This document shows, in pieces, positions 42,486 to 56,255 of a stretch of DNA of 64,000 nucleotides (position 1 is the stretch's first letter; every line of letters begins with the position of its first letter). The stretch spans positions 6,634,001-6,698,000 of the forward strand of contig OZ024743.1 of NCBI GenBank assembly GCA_964016885.1. The letters run 5' to 3'. A program made the position numbers and the translations under genes. This DNA is from Eledone cirrhosa (Eukaryota). Under the pieces are notes generated by a model, which saw only the letters and a list, made by a program, of their open reading frames with translations, ran no database searches and was not told the origin of the DNA.

Positions 42486-44637
42486 AGCATCAATACAAAT
42501 AATAATAATTCTTATGTACTTCAATCTTATTTTTAACTTTTATTTGGGAAAGTAAAATAGAGAGGGTGTCAAATCGAAACTACAATAATAACCTCTAACA
42601 AAACATTTATGGAAATAAACCTAAATTCTTGTGACCTTTTCTAATTCAGAATGTGTAACATAGCGTCAAATTCTAATCTGTTTCTATCTAATCTTGTTTT
42701 CCAATTGTGCTTCGCAGATAAAAGCAGGCGAATATTTTCTGAAAGCTGCATATTCATATTAGATATAGATTGTTTCGTGTGAGTAAATCTCTTCAATGTC
42801 GTTGTTGTAACAATACAATAGTACAATAATAACAACAACAGCGGTAATAATAATAATGATGATAAATAAATAAATAAATAAATAAATAAACAAATAAATA
42901 AATAAATAATAATAATCTGGAAGTATCGAAATTTAGTTTGTTCTGACATTTAAAAAAATGCTTTGTTGTAGTCTAATACACCATACATAGCATTCATCTG
43001 CTTTTGCAGTTAAGAATTAAGGACAAGGTTTTACGTATGCAAGTTCAGCTTTCTTGCAAAGGATTTCTCTTCGAAAACTTCCAGTGATATGAAGCAAATA
43101 ACATAAGACTTAGATTAGTACATAGTTGTAGGAGTACATAAAGGATGAATAGCTATGGTTTCCAATGGATTTCATGCATTCTGTTAATAAGATGAAATAC
43201 AATTGATATGTGTGTCTTCTTGACAATGTTAGTTACATGATTATTTCTAAAATCAAGTTGATATAGAAAAACAAATCTACCATATCTATTAATAACTCCT
43301 AATACTTCTTAGATAAGAGTGGTTATTTGACAGAAACATCAGCATATTAAATTAAATACTTTTCAGCTTTTAGTTTCATCCTCATAGCTTCTTTGCTCAA
43401 ATTCCACCAGTCTTTTCATTCTTTTAGAATTTATGCTAATAATATACTAGTTTTAAATCGATCAATTCAATTGGCAGTGTACTCAAGAAAGAGCCCAACA
43501 AATATTTATTACACACATATTTTTCAGAGTGAGAAAATAGCACATTCATTAACGCTTTTGATATCAAACTAGCTGAAACCGCCCCTGGTTCGACGTTATA
43601 AACTATTTTCAAATTGACAGTATCGGTAGAGGGTCGGACGTCATGCTATGACGTATGGAGTTACGGCCCTTTCCATTCTGAGTTCAAATCCCGCCGAGGT
43701 TAACTTTGCCTTTCATCCTTACGGGGTCGATAAAATAAAGTACCAGTAATGCACTGGGTAATTGCTGGCGTTGTGCCTAAAGTAGAAACAATTATTATTT
43801 TATGTCAGGGCTGTGGATTGGCAGAATCGGTACAGAGCCGGACCAAATGCTTCGCGGCATAGAATTACGGCCCTTTACGTTCTGATTTCAAATCCTGCCG
43901 AGGTTAGCTTTGCCTTTCATCCTTACAGGGTCGCTAAAATAAAGTACCAGTAACGCACTGGGGTCGATTTAATCGACTTTCCTACCCCCCCCCCCCAAGA
44001 TTGTTGGCCTTGTGCCTAAAGTAGAAACAATTATAATTTTATGTAAGAACTTTTATTAAGTTATATTCCAAACACTAGATTACTGATGCAAAATTTAAAT
44101 ATATTACTAAATTACTCCACATTCTTGAATATCTTCAAATTTATTTGAAAATTATAGGCAGTATTTTTCATTAGAAATATGGTAACGAAAATGTAAAATG
44201 CATCAATTACTGTTCTGAAAATGAAACAATTCTCACTGGAAATCAAACCTGACCGACAAACTTAATTATAACCACAGATAATTTCGAATAGAAGATAAAA
44301 TATGATTTTAAAATATAAATCCATCATATATATTTTTAAATGAATATTTTGGTGTGTTATTCATATAATAATATAATAGATACCGAATGCTCAATACTCT
44401 AAAGAAGAAGTAAAATAATGTAATATAACAAACATGCAAAGATATGCACTCGGGATACACTAGACCACAATAAACAAGCGTTTCTATATATATGTATATA
44501 TGTGTGTGTGTGTGTGTGCGTGTGAGTATGGGTGTGTGTGTAAAGAGAGGGAGAGAGCGAGATAAGTAGATACATACATACATACATACATACATACATA
44601 CATACATACATACATACATACATACATACATACATAC

Positions 44638-45473
44638 ATGGACCAATTTACAGAGAAAGTTGTGCATGGGTATCTGAGACGAAAAACACAGACCATAGAT
44701 GGGATAAATCATTCAAAAAGCCTGGCATAGAGTTCCGACAAGTTTATGACATCCCACCTTGAAAGATATCTCTATGCAATACAGGAACAAGAAATCTCTA
44801 GCAAATATCTGCTACACAAAATGGGAGGGCCATCAGTCGACAATAAATGTAGGCTTTGTAAAACAAAAATCGAAGATGTATGCCACATTGTTGCCAACTG
44901 CGAAAGAATGTCGTCTTACTATTACCTCCCTATGAGATACGATGTAATAGCTAGAACCATCTGAAGCGTACTTAGGAAAACAAAATTTAAAAAAATGAGA
45001 AGGAATATGTTGAGATAGATGGCACTAAAGAATACTGGTGCAACCTGAAAATAAAAACTGCCACCAAATTAAAACACAACAGGACTGTTTGGGACCACAC
45101 ATTGAAAACGTACTCTGTTGTAGAGATCAGCTGCTCACTTGATGTCAACGTTGTAAGAAAAATACAAGAGAAGGACCATTGATGAGGAGTTTGCAAATCC
45201 AGTATCCAAGATACACCTTCAGCTTCATACCCATCATTGGAGCTACGGGTTATATACCAACCCACTTGGACTAAAGTATGACTGAACCTGGATTTATGGA
45301 CAAAGAGCGCAGCTCCCTAATTCAATTACTACAAATGGCTGCGATAGCTGGCACCTTCAAAATTTGCAAAACATTCTTGCGATTCAGGGGATGACAATTT
45401 CTTTTCTTTTACAACGTTGCCACCAGGAAGGTGGACGGTCAAATATGTACTCGAAATTAAGAGAAAGAGAAAC
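44638..45473 (+). mobile_element. R4/Dong-like non-LTR element 3' fragment inserted in (TACA)n
   Basis: AIQEQEI, CRLC..E...HIV..C, KHNR, VEISC; (TACA)n on both sides. Confidence 0.75.
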
Positions 45474-45553
45474 ATACATACATACATACATACATACATA
45501 CATACATACATACATACATACATACATACATACATACATACATACATACAGAC

Positions 45554-45584
<31 letters not shown>

Positions 45585-45687
45585 TAAAGGTTTGGCAGAA
45601 GATTACGCTCAAGTGAGTCAACAAAGTGAGAGTTCTTATATGGAATAGATGTTGACACTATTATGAATGACAAAATAATATTGAAAC

Positions 45688-48600
45688 TGTGGTTAGAAAT
45701 AGCTATCTCACTTACCGCTTTTCATAGGCGCCGCTAAATCCCATGGCTGGTTTCTCCTCTTCCACGTGCGTCCAACTCATTAACACCCAGGAGCTGCCAA
45801 ACTCGCGTCCACACCGTTCCTGGTCACCACTAGAGAGAGACCGATCTGCTCGCCCTTCCGGTCGAGCACCCTTCCGGCCAAGCACCCTTCCGGTCAAGCA
45901 CTCTTCCGGTCGAGCACTCCCCAGCTTCCGGCCACCGCACACCAACCATACTCACACGCCCTCCTGATCTCAAGGATCAATTTCCCCCTCGTCCTTCTGC
46001 ATATGAAAGTCTGCTGTCCAGGTTGGTGGTTTGCGACTTCTTTGCGATCTCCGCAGTGTTGGGGCGGCACTTTGGGTTTCCTCTTCCTCGGAGTCAGTTG
46101 ACACAGTGATTCTACGGACATCCAGGACATGACGTGGTACTCCGTCCACGGACACATTGTTCTGGGAATTACGGCCGTCACCGTTCCCGTTCCCCATTGA
46201 GATGTGCAACGTGCATCTGGGGGCTTAACCCAGACTTCTTCGCCCACCTGCACGAATGCAGTCTCTCTCCCAACTGGCCGTTGTGGTGGCGTGCACGGGT
46301 GCCGCCACTCGTATCTGAATACTGCTCTGTGTGGCACCGATTCCTCAACCTGTCCCACCCGAGGGGACATGTTGTACCAGAACACTGCCTCCATTGGTGA
46401 GATATGGCCCCGCTCCGCCATTGCCTTGATCGTCCGGTGGTGTCGCTCCACAATTCCATTCCCACTCGGCCTGAGCGCTGCTCTGAAGAAACGGTCCACC
46501 TTCCATCCATCGAGCATCTCCCTCAGCGCCTCCGAGCGGAACGCTGCGCTGTTGTCCATCAGCAGTTCGTCCACAGGGCCCCGCTCCAAGAACACCTCTC
46601 TCAACGTCTGCATGATTTCCTCGGCCGTTCCAGTCTTCATCTCCCTCCATATCGCCATCCGTCCTGGTCCACAGTCGACCATCGAGAGGTACGTTTCCTG
46701 TCGGTAGTGCGTTACATCCACCGCCAATCGCTTCCAGTCGCGATCCACGGGGAGGCTTCCCGTTTCGTGCACACTCGGGGCGGGATCAATGGACTAACAT
46801 CGGACGCAGCCTCTAACCACCCTTTGAACACTGTGTCTGTTAACGTCCAAGTCGATTCCCCTGGCTAGGAACAGGGTCCTATCCACTCCCATGCGGTGCA
46901 TGTCATGCAACCCTTTCAGATCCGACTCGGTCAGCCGACACACAGCAGCTATCTCATCCTCTACCTCCTCCGGCGCTTCCATCCAGGCTTTCTTCACCCT
47001 GGTTAAGACGTCCGCCCTATTTTTCTCTGAGGGCACGAAAACTACGCTCAGCCTCAGGTCGAACTCGGTGGCCAGTTCTCCTAAAGTTCCCAGGCGGCGC
47101 TTTATCAGCATCTCCGCCGCCCCTCTCGTTCGCACTCTCTTCTCACTGGTGAGCACTGATCTCACCCATCCGAGTACAGTAGCCGAGTCGGTGCGTATCT
47201 CGATGGTGCGCAGTCCCCACCTCAGGGCGAGGTTCACCCCTCTCAACACCGCGTCCAGTTCGGCCACATTGATGTGGTTGCAGTCGTCCTTCTTCCTAAG
47301 CCAGGCTGCATCTTCGACCTCAACACCTCCTATCTCCAACGTGACACCCAGCACTATGCTGCTGGCATCGCACCATACGGTCCCGCTCTGCGATTTGGGA
47401 ACATACCAGCGTCCACGATCTCCTGCATCATGGCCACCGTCCTCTCTCCCACTCTATCACTCCAAGTCACCCCTCCCGCTCGTCTCTTGACATAGCTGCA
47501 TGCCGTCCGGAGCCACCCAGAAATCAGGTAGCGACCCACCAACTTTCCACACACCGAGAAGAGCTCCCGCCTACTCATACTTGGGCCCAGTTCTGGAACT
47601 TCATTTCCCCTCTGGAATAGCAAGACGCCTGTCCTGTCTCGCCGTAGCCTAAGTCCCAGCGCGGTTCCTCCCTCCAACGCTTCTGACGGCTTCGCAGCCA
47701 GTCCATACCCCTGTAAATGGCTCGTGACCTCCACCGCCGATACTACAGACTCGTCCACTAGGATGTCGTCAATGTAGGAATTAGTGGCCCTCTTCATCTT
47801 GTCGGCCTTTCCCAGAATGGTCTTGAGGACCGCCGCCATGATCTTCGGTGCGGAGCAAAGCCCGAAACCTAGCCTCTGTAGTTGCTATCGCCGCGACACT
47901 CTTCTTGGCATCTTCTGCTATGATACGGGCTTGCTCCACCAGTGAACGCATCTCCATTTCTTTGTAACCCGGGACTTGCTGCAGTTTCACCGCTATGTCG
48001 TCTGGAAATCCATTTATGAACGCCAACCGCACCGTGCGTTCGCATTCCACCTGATATCCAGCCAACATGGCCAATCGCCGTATTTCCGCTGCGAAAATGT
48101 CAACGCGTTCACCGTTCCATCTAATTCTTGCCAGCTTAGCAAAAGCGGCTAACGGTCCCTCCGCGAACGCTTCCATCATGCGCCTCTCAATCTTTTGCGC
48201 ATCCCTTTCGCTGTTTTCAACCAACTCAAGGAAGAGTACCAACGCGTCCCCCTCGAGGTACAGTGCCATGAGGCCAGCCACATCTTCTATCTTCTGTAAG
48301 CTTGCGACCAGCCGGACTTTTCCCAGCCAAGCGACAAAATCACCTTCACCGGTAAATGCCCTAATCGCTTCTCTCGTTCGTAGTCTCGTCGCCATAATTT
48401 GTCTTGCGGTACGTAATAAAAAAAAAAAAAACAGACTCCTCTGTTTTTCCAGTAGCTTTGTTTTCGAGAAAGATTTTTTTTTTTTTTTTCAATCAGATCT
48501 CAGTTTCCAGTGCCGAAATAGCTTGTGGTTAGAAAAAGCTATCTCACTTACCGCTCTTCATAGGCGCCGCTAAATCCCATGGCTGGTTTCTCCTCTTCCA

Positions 48601-48793
48601 CGTGCGTCCAACTCATTAACACCCAGGAGCTGCCAAACTCGCGTCCACACCGTTCCTGGTCACCACTAGAGAGAGACCCATCTGCTGGCCCTTCCGGTCG
48701 AGCACCCTTCCGGCCAAGCACCCTTCCGGTCAAGCACTCTTCCGGTCGAGCACTCCCCAGCTTCCGGCCACCGCACACCACACCATACCCACA
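45688..48793 (-). mobile_element. Gypsy/Ty3 LTR retrotransposon with internal deletion; LTRs 45688-45956 and 48524-48793; TSD GAAAC
   Basis: TG..CA LTRs differing at ~6 sites; GAAAC at 45683-45687 and 48794-48798; gag (47880-48395), RT YIDD, RNase H, integrase D..D..E(R); PPT-like GAGATCAGGAGGGCG. Confidence 0.93.
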
Positions 48794-49032
48794 GAAACTA
48801 TATATGCTTAAGCCTGAGTAAACCTGAAATGTGTATTATACAAATCAAAATAGTGTAATAAATCCATCTAGTATACTGCACCTATATATATATATATACA
48901 CACACACACGCACATATATATATATATACACACACACGCGCACGCACTCACACACACACACACACACACACACATGTACATACAAATATGTGTGTGTGTG
49001 TGTATCTGTATATATATATGTATATATATACG

Positions 49033-49064
<32 letters not shown>

Positions 49065-49486
49065 CAGATACACATAAATAAATATATTCATTATATATAT
49101 ATTTCTTACTTTTCCACGTGCTTACACTCTGCTAACTCTCTCGCCCACTAAATATTAACACTTCTAATGTTTAATACTACCGGCACTAGTATTGAGCACC
49201 TTTTACATACGCTATTTGGCAAATAACTACATGTATCACCTATCCTTCTTTTTTTCTCTCTCTCGGTACGTAAATACTTTATTATATATATATATTGAAT
49301 TGGCAGTATCGGTAGAGGGTCAGACATGCTTTCCAGCGTAGTTACGTCCCTTTACGATCTGAGTTTAAATCCCGCCGAGGTTAACTTTGCCTTTCATCCT
49401 TACGGGGTCGATAAAATAAATTACCAGTAATGTACTGGTAATTACTGGCCTTGTGCCAAAAAGTAGAAACAATTATATATATATAC

Positions 49487-49553
<67 letters not shown>

Positions 49554-49558
49554 CTAAA

Positions 49559-49604
<46 letters not shown>

Positions 49605-49963
49605 GAACTAAAACCTGTTGAGAAAGTGACTTCCTTGTTCAATCATCTTACCAGAAGCCTAACATTATTTGTCTAAGCGGACAGTACTTGATTTAGGAGT
49701 CGCAGAAACCCAAATGCTGGATTTTTACCAACCATCCAGGGGTCCGGGTAAATTTTTCAATCACATTTTTTTTATTTGTTTGACCCAAATTACTTGGTCG
49801 TTTCTATGGCTATGCGGATGACGGTTTAACCATCGTCTCAGTGTGTTTGGCCTTTTAACGTATGTTGTAGCTCTGGTTCGTCAGAATTATTGAGCGCTTG
49901 CCACACATCTCGGAAATTGTTTTTCGCTAATTCCAAAGCCGAAACACGATTCTCGGTAATTTA

Positions 49964-50233
<270 letters not shown>

Positions 50234-50437
50234 TATGTATACGTACATACATATATGTATACAGACGTACAGTAGTATGTATATATATATACATACATGC
50301 ACACATATATATATGTACGTATGGATTCACCGAACATTTATTATAATGCTCGTAGTGTTTGTAAACAAACATCCCGAATTAAGCCGTACAGTGTCTAGCA
50401 ACCATCGTTGCTCATTTTTTCAACCCTGACAAAGGAA

Positions 50438-50478
50438 CGCTGTACTAGTTTCAAGCTTATTAGCTATCGTCAGCAACG
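50438..50478 (-). ncRNA. Hammerhead ribozyme; identical tandem copy at 50871-50911
   Basis: cguug-CUGACGA-uagcu aaua agcuu-GAAAC-ua-GUA-cagcg. Confidence 0.85.
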
Positions 50479-51324
50479 TATACCTTCCTGCCAGATGATT
50501 GAACGTCTGAAATTATAAACTTTCCTTATGCACATTAACGGCTGAGCAGCCTAATTTGCATATCGAGTGAGTTAATCGTCCGGGGTACCGAAAACGATAA
50601 ACGGAAAAAATGAAACGAAATTTCATTTCTCACTCTTAGTACGGCTGTTACTTAAATATAAGTATGTATACGTACATATATGTATACAGACGTACAGTAG
50701 TATGTATATATATATGCACACATATATATATGTACGAATGGATTCACCGAACATTTATTATAATGCTCGGTGTGTTTGTAAACAAACATCCTGCCGTTTG
50801 TAAACAAACAATTAAGCCGTACAGTGTCTAGCAACCATCGTTGTTCATTTGTTCAACCCTGACAAAGGAACGCTGTACTAGTTTCAAGCTTATTAGCTAT
50901 CGTCAGCAACGTATACCTTCCTGCCATATCGAGTGAGTTAATCGACCGGGGTATTTTCTTTCCTTCCCTCCTTCGTTTTCCCAATAACTTACCAAGTTAT
51001 TGAACGCACTGGGGGTAGATATCTTGTATTTAATGCGTAGAAATCTCCGAGACCCCCCAGTAGACAAATGATGAGGAAAACTTGCCCCCCCCCCCGTTCT
51101 TGCTTTCTTCTCATTCTTATTTTTCAGCATACCTTATCTAACAACTACACAGCCGATCCACTTCTTTATATATATATTGTGTATACTTAGCCGATCTCTT
51201 GAACTCTTACAAAGCGCCGAGAAGATAAAATTAATATAAAGAATTATGTACTCATGTGCGGAGATGCTATAAAATAGTTTATAAAATAGATTGAAGACGT
51301 TTAAAAGACGGAAAAGGAGTTGCT

Positions 51325-51402
51325 TTTGACCGCTATGAGGAATCGAACCTCATATCTCCCAGATACCGGCTATGCATTTTTAACCATTAAGTCAAGGGAC
51401 TG
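51325..51402 (-). other. tRNA-like (SINE-head) sequence between inverted repeats
   Basis: TGACTTAATGG A box and GGTTCGATTCC B box on the minus strand. Confidence 0.55.
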
Positions 51403-51668
51403 TGACAACTCTTATCTTAAATTTGATAGCTGAATCACAGGCTTCAGATATCAACAAACATCCGTGTGTAAACAAAGAAAGATTGTGTATACGTTGCTGA
51501 TCTCTCGGATTCTTACAAAGCTCTGAGACGATAAATTTAATATAAAAAATGATGTGCTCGTGCGCAGTGATGCAATAAATTAACTAATTGGCAACTTCCC
51601 TTTCCGTCTTTTAAGTGTCTTCAACTTATTTTTATAAGCTATTTTATAGCATCTCCGCACATCATTCT

Positions 51669-51701
<33 letters not shown>

Positions 51702-51706
<5 letters not shown>

Positions 51707-53184
51707 CCTTTCGAGAGCATCTTCTACATCTGTCCCGTTAGCGCCCATCAGCACGATGTCATCCGCGTAGGCCAGGTCCATCACCATGACCCCTCTCCCG
51801 ACCTCTACGCCCGGGTAATCCCGGAGCGCTGTGTTGAGAGTGTAGTCAATGGCGTAGTTAAAGAGAGTTGGTGATAGCGCACACCCCTGCTGAACACCGG
51901 TCCCAACATCGAACGACTCTGTCTCCCCACCATAGACCCTCACTCGAGCCCGAGTCGACAGGTAGTAGCCTTGTATGAGACGAAGCAGCTTCATTGGGAT
52001 GCCGTCCGCCTGAATTATACGCCATGGGGCTTCCCGATCTACCGAGTCTAAGGCAGCTGCAAAGTCAATGAAGCAGAGGACGGTAGGCCGTTGATGTGCC
52101 CACCGTTGTTCCAGGACACGCCGGAGAATGAAGATTTGATCAACGCACCCCCTCCCCGGACGGAAGCCGCCCTGAGAAGGACGGGTACGGACATCATGGA
52201 TGGCTTGCAGCCTCTTCAGCAGAAGAATTGCGAAGGTCTTGGCAGCAACGTCAATTAAACTGATACCCCTGTAGTTGGAACACAGTTTCCTGTCGCCCTT
52301 TTTGAAGAAGAGTAGGAGAGTTGCCTCGGTCCAGTCACCAAAGAACCGCTCCGTCGCCCACACCGAGGAGAAGACTCGATGGAGCCAAGCTGCGAAGACA
52401 TCAGGCTCGGCCTTGTAGATCAGCTGGAACACTATCCTCGCCCGGCGTTGGTCTACGAATCAATGCCTCCAAGTCGAAAGTCATGACGTCACTGGTCTCG
52501 CCTGATGCCTGGCAGCCAATATCTCTCGAGGGCGTGGACCTGGAGGACGTGGAGTCCTTCGTTTATCTGGGCTCAACAGTGGTTCCAACGGGACAGGGCG
52601 CAGCCGAGGTCAAGCGTCGCATAGGTGCTGCCAGATCCGCTAGGCGAATCTACCAGGCCGTCGTTCGCACTATCCTCCTCTATGGCTGTGAAACATGGCC
52701 TATGAGGGGAGTCGATCAACGGGGGCTGGAGGTCTTCGACAATGACTGTCTCCGCCGCATTCTTCGCTGCCGACGCCTTGATCGAGTACCTACCACCAAT
52801 CTTTGTCTTCGCCTGAATCTTCGACCCCTTCCTTCAGTGCTTCTGCAACGGCGCTTGAAATGGTTTGGTGACGCAGCCCGACGCCCTGAGGGTGAACTGA
52901 TCCGCGATGTTCTCCTCCCACCTCCACTCCCAAACTGGCGCAAGCGCGTTGGCGGGCAGCTGAAGACCTGGGCAACGATGATCAAGGAGGACCTCTCCGA
53001 ACTCTCAGGTCCGCAGGTGGTCGGCCTGCGCCGATGGAACCGTGACTGGCTCGCTATCTCCAGTGACCTAGCCCTGGACCGTCGTGCGTGGGCTGCCATG
53101 GTTCGGGATGCCGACAGGACAAGGGAAGAAGCCGGCTCAACCCGTCCAGGGTGAATGTCGACACAAGTACAAGTACAAGTAAGT
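51702..53184 (+). mobile_element. RTE LINE with 5' inversion (51702-~52428 minus; ~52430-53184 plus) and a (TACAAG)n tail, in (TA)n
   Basis: Minus part NYRGISL..YADD..ALERVH continues on the plus strand as VGLRINASKSK..FVYLGS..YGCETW. Confidence 0.88.
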
Positions 53185-53304
53185 ATATATATATATATAG
53201 ACAGCCGATCGACTTTCGTAAAATCGGACCGACGAAGCAATGTTTCCGTTGATCTTTTCAATTGCTAATACTATCTATCGGTCGCAACTCCAGGTAGAAG
53301 GAGC

Positions 53305-53420
53305 AACGTGAATATAAAGTGTCTTGCTCAAGGACATAACGCATCGCTTGGTCCAGGAATCGAACTCACAACCTCACGATTGCGAATCCAATTCGCTTAC
53401 CACTCAGTCACGCGCATTCA
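53305..53420 (-). mobile_element. SINE head of the 2645-2990 family
   Basis: AAAGTGTCTTGCTCAAGG..GGAATCGAACTCACAACC. Confidence 0.7.
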
Positions 53421-53439
53421 CGTTCTCCTTCACTTGAGC

Positions 53440-53651
53440 TAGTAGAGTGGGTAAGAAAGATTCGGGACCCCGACGGCTGAGTTCCTGCTGTTTCAACAGC
53501 TAGATCCGAACGTTCAGATCTAGCTGTTGAAACAGCAGGAACTCAGCCGTCGGTGTCCTGAATCCTGCATATTACCCACTCTACTACCCCAAGTATCGAG
53601 TACTCTGGTGAGTAATGGTCTAACTGGTTGGTACTGCATCCATTCTGATTT
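53440..53651. repeat. Fold-back of a Naiad-family pLTR 3' end, centre GAACGTTC at ~53511
   Basis: Inverted arms 53440-53511 and 53512-53586; right arm continues to the (TA) end. Confidence 0.8.
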
Positions 53652-56216
53652 ATATATACATATTCAAGATTATATAAGAACATCTGTACTCCATAACGGA
53701 ACTGGAAGAGAAGCAGATAAAGGGTCATGCACTAACTAAACCAAGTTTTTGACACTTCTTGCTCTGATCACACTAAAAAATTACTAAGCCTACATTTTCT
53801 ACTACACAGGCCACACTCACCCGCGCCAAATCATGTTACAGGTCATAAAACCATACAACCCTCTCAACCGCTGCTACGCGGCAAAAAGGTTTAGTGATTT
53901 ATTTATTAATTGTATAAATGTGTATAAAACCGCGATTCTTTAAGGTTCGTAATACGCTTCTCTGAAGTCTGTGCTCCCGGCGGCTGTACCAGTCGGCCTA
54001 GTAGTAGCGCTGATTTTGCGTATGTCATATATTTTATTTCATCTGAACACTCTCTTATATTGACTGCATATATTACAGCTAGATAATTCTGGCTAAAAAT
54101 GTGAGAAATGTGAATGATTCTGAATTCGAATTTATAACCTAGAAAACCTGGAAGGTGGGCAAATCTGTGTAACATGTATTGCAGTTTTCGTTACACTAGC
54201 TGTCACCTTCATTTTAAAGATATCAAAACATTTAAGTGCTACATCGAGCAAAGTGACTACCTAGAACAGGAGTGGTGATACTGCGACTTTAAAATCGGAT
54301 GCATGTTTTGGGGTTCTTAGGGGCAACCTTTTCGATGAAGTCTAGATTTTGTTTTGTTATACATTTTGTTAGTAATATATTTATTCTAACGTTCTTAAAT
54401 TGTCGCAAAGGATTTTGATATCTGTTTCCTACAATGAAGTGTACTGCTAGAGTATAGGTAAATGGAATACCCTCATTTTCAGCAACATGCACGACGAATG
54501 CTTTCTTTGTTTTCAACCATTTAAGATCTATAATAACGGATGCACATAGGGAGACCATTCGACGTTGCGTACCTACATGTTGACAAAATATCAAAAGGTC
54601 AATTTACATTTTTATCATTTACTTTATTTTTTATTACATTTTAACAATTTTCAGTTTTCAATTATATTTTTAAATATTCTATTTAATTTTATCTTATTGG
54701 ATTACTCTTAATTCAAATATAAAAATGTGTTTTTGCCTATAATCTAGGAAGACATTTTAGTTGGTTAGTTACCTGTCGTAAAAGCATTATTATTTGTCTT
54801 TTGGGTCATAATTTCGCAGCTTTCCAGAGTTCAGGACTGCATTTTAATGGTTAACGTTTGAAAATATTTCTTTAAAATCTAGTTAGATACGCAGGGAAGA
54901 GAATAATTAGTTGCAATGTGATCAGCGAGTAACCATGTTTTTTTCTTATTAATGATATATTTTGTAGGCTGAATCTCAGACGATATCATGTGATTTTCCT
55001 GAATTTGTAGAAATATAACAATGGAAAGAAAAGGAAAAAGATACCATTCATGTGTACAAATACGTGTGCGAGCGTTTGTGATCATTTGCATACAACATAT
55101 TACCATCGGACTAAGAATGGTGGATTGGCAGAATTACTAGAGCATTAGACAAAATTCCATGTGGTATTAAATTACGGTCCTTTATGATCTGAGTTCAAAT
55201 ATTGCTGAAATCAAATTTACTTTTCTTCCTTCCTGAGTCGATAAAATAATCGACTCTCACCTAAACTTTATGCCTTGTAGTTAAGTCAATAATACCAGCT
55301 GTCCTATAAACCTTCTTGTAACATCACTTCTAATGGCTTCACGTAAATATAGAAGCAGGTTTGGTAGAGTTAAACAGATAAACAGTTCTAACCATATAAA
55401 TCATTATAATACATTTCAGCAACACCAGCCTTTCGTGTGTTTCATTTTTCTGTATGGAATGTGAAGGCACTCATATATTTAAATATTATGACATACAATG
55501 TGGCTTGGGTAATAGCTATTCATTGCGCATATATTAAAGTATTTATTGACGAATTAGTCATAAATTCAATAACAAAAGGTTTTAAAGAGAATAATCACTA
55601 AATTGGGATTTTTCATACTTGAGAGTAAATATTAACCATAAACTGCTGAGCTTACCAAACAGTTCCTGTTTCACAGTTCTGTGAAAATAGTAAAAACTTG
55701 CCATCTTCGGGTCATACCACAAATTAAATGTTTGTAAATGCATTTGTCTCTATGCAGATGTTCGAGTGTTTCCGTCGTTTCTTTATTTGTTATACTATTT
55801 GCTAATACATGTTTTGATAGCTTTCACACGAGGGATCCACGTAAGAATGATATACATGCCAATTAGATTTATTTAGTCATATTTTTACGCATTGTGTATA
55901 TATAAGTTTTGTTCAAACATAACAAGATAAAAATCTCCATACTTTAGTATAATAATGAAGCCTTGATTCAAAACTAAATTAGAGATTACATACATTTATA
56001 TGAAAATTGAACTCATTTGTGTAAAGAAGTATTGATAATTGTTCACAACCATGGTATTTGTTTGTATAACTCCATTAGAAGCACTCTGTGGGTTTCGAGA
56101 AACAGCTCTATAATGACAAAACTAAACAACCGGAAGTTATTGACTAAAAGTATTAAAATGTATATGACATCAACTGGACTTATTTGTGGAACTGTTACAT
56201 ATTATAAGAAATGAAC

Positions 56217-56251
<35 letters not shown>

Positions 56252-56255
<4 letters not shown>

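Noticed and set aside
45850-45935. CRISPR-like short repeats
   Set aside because: Tandem LTR repeats without unique spacers, no cas genes, eukaryotic context
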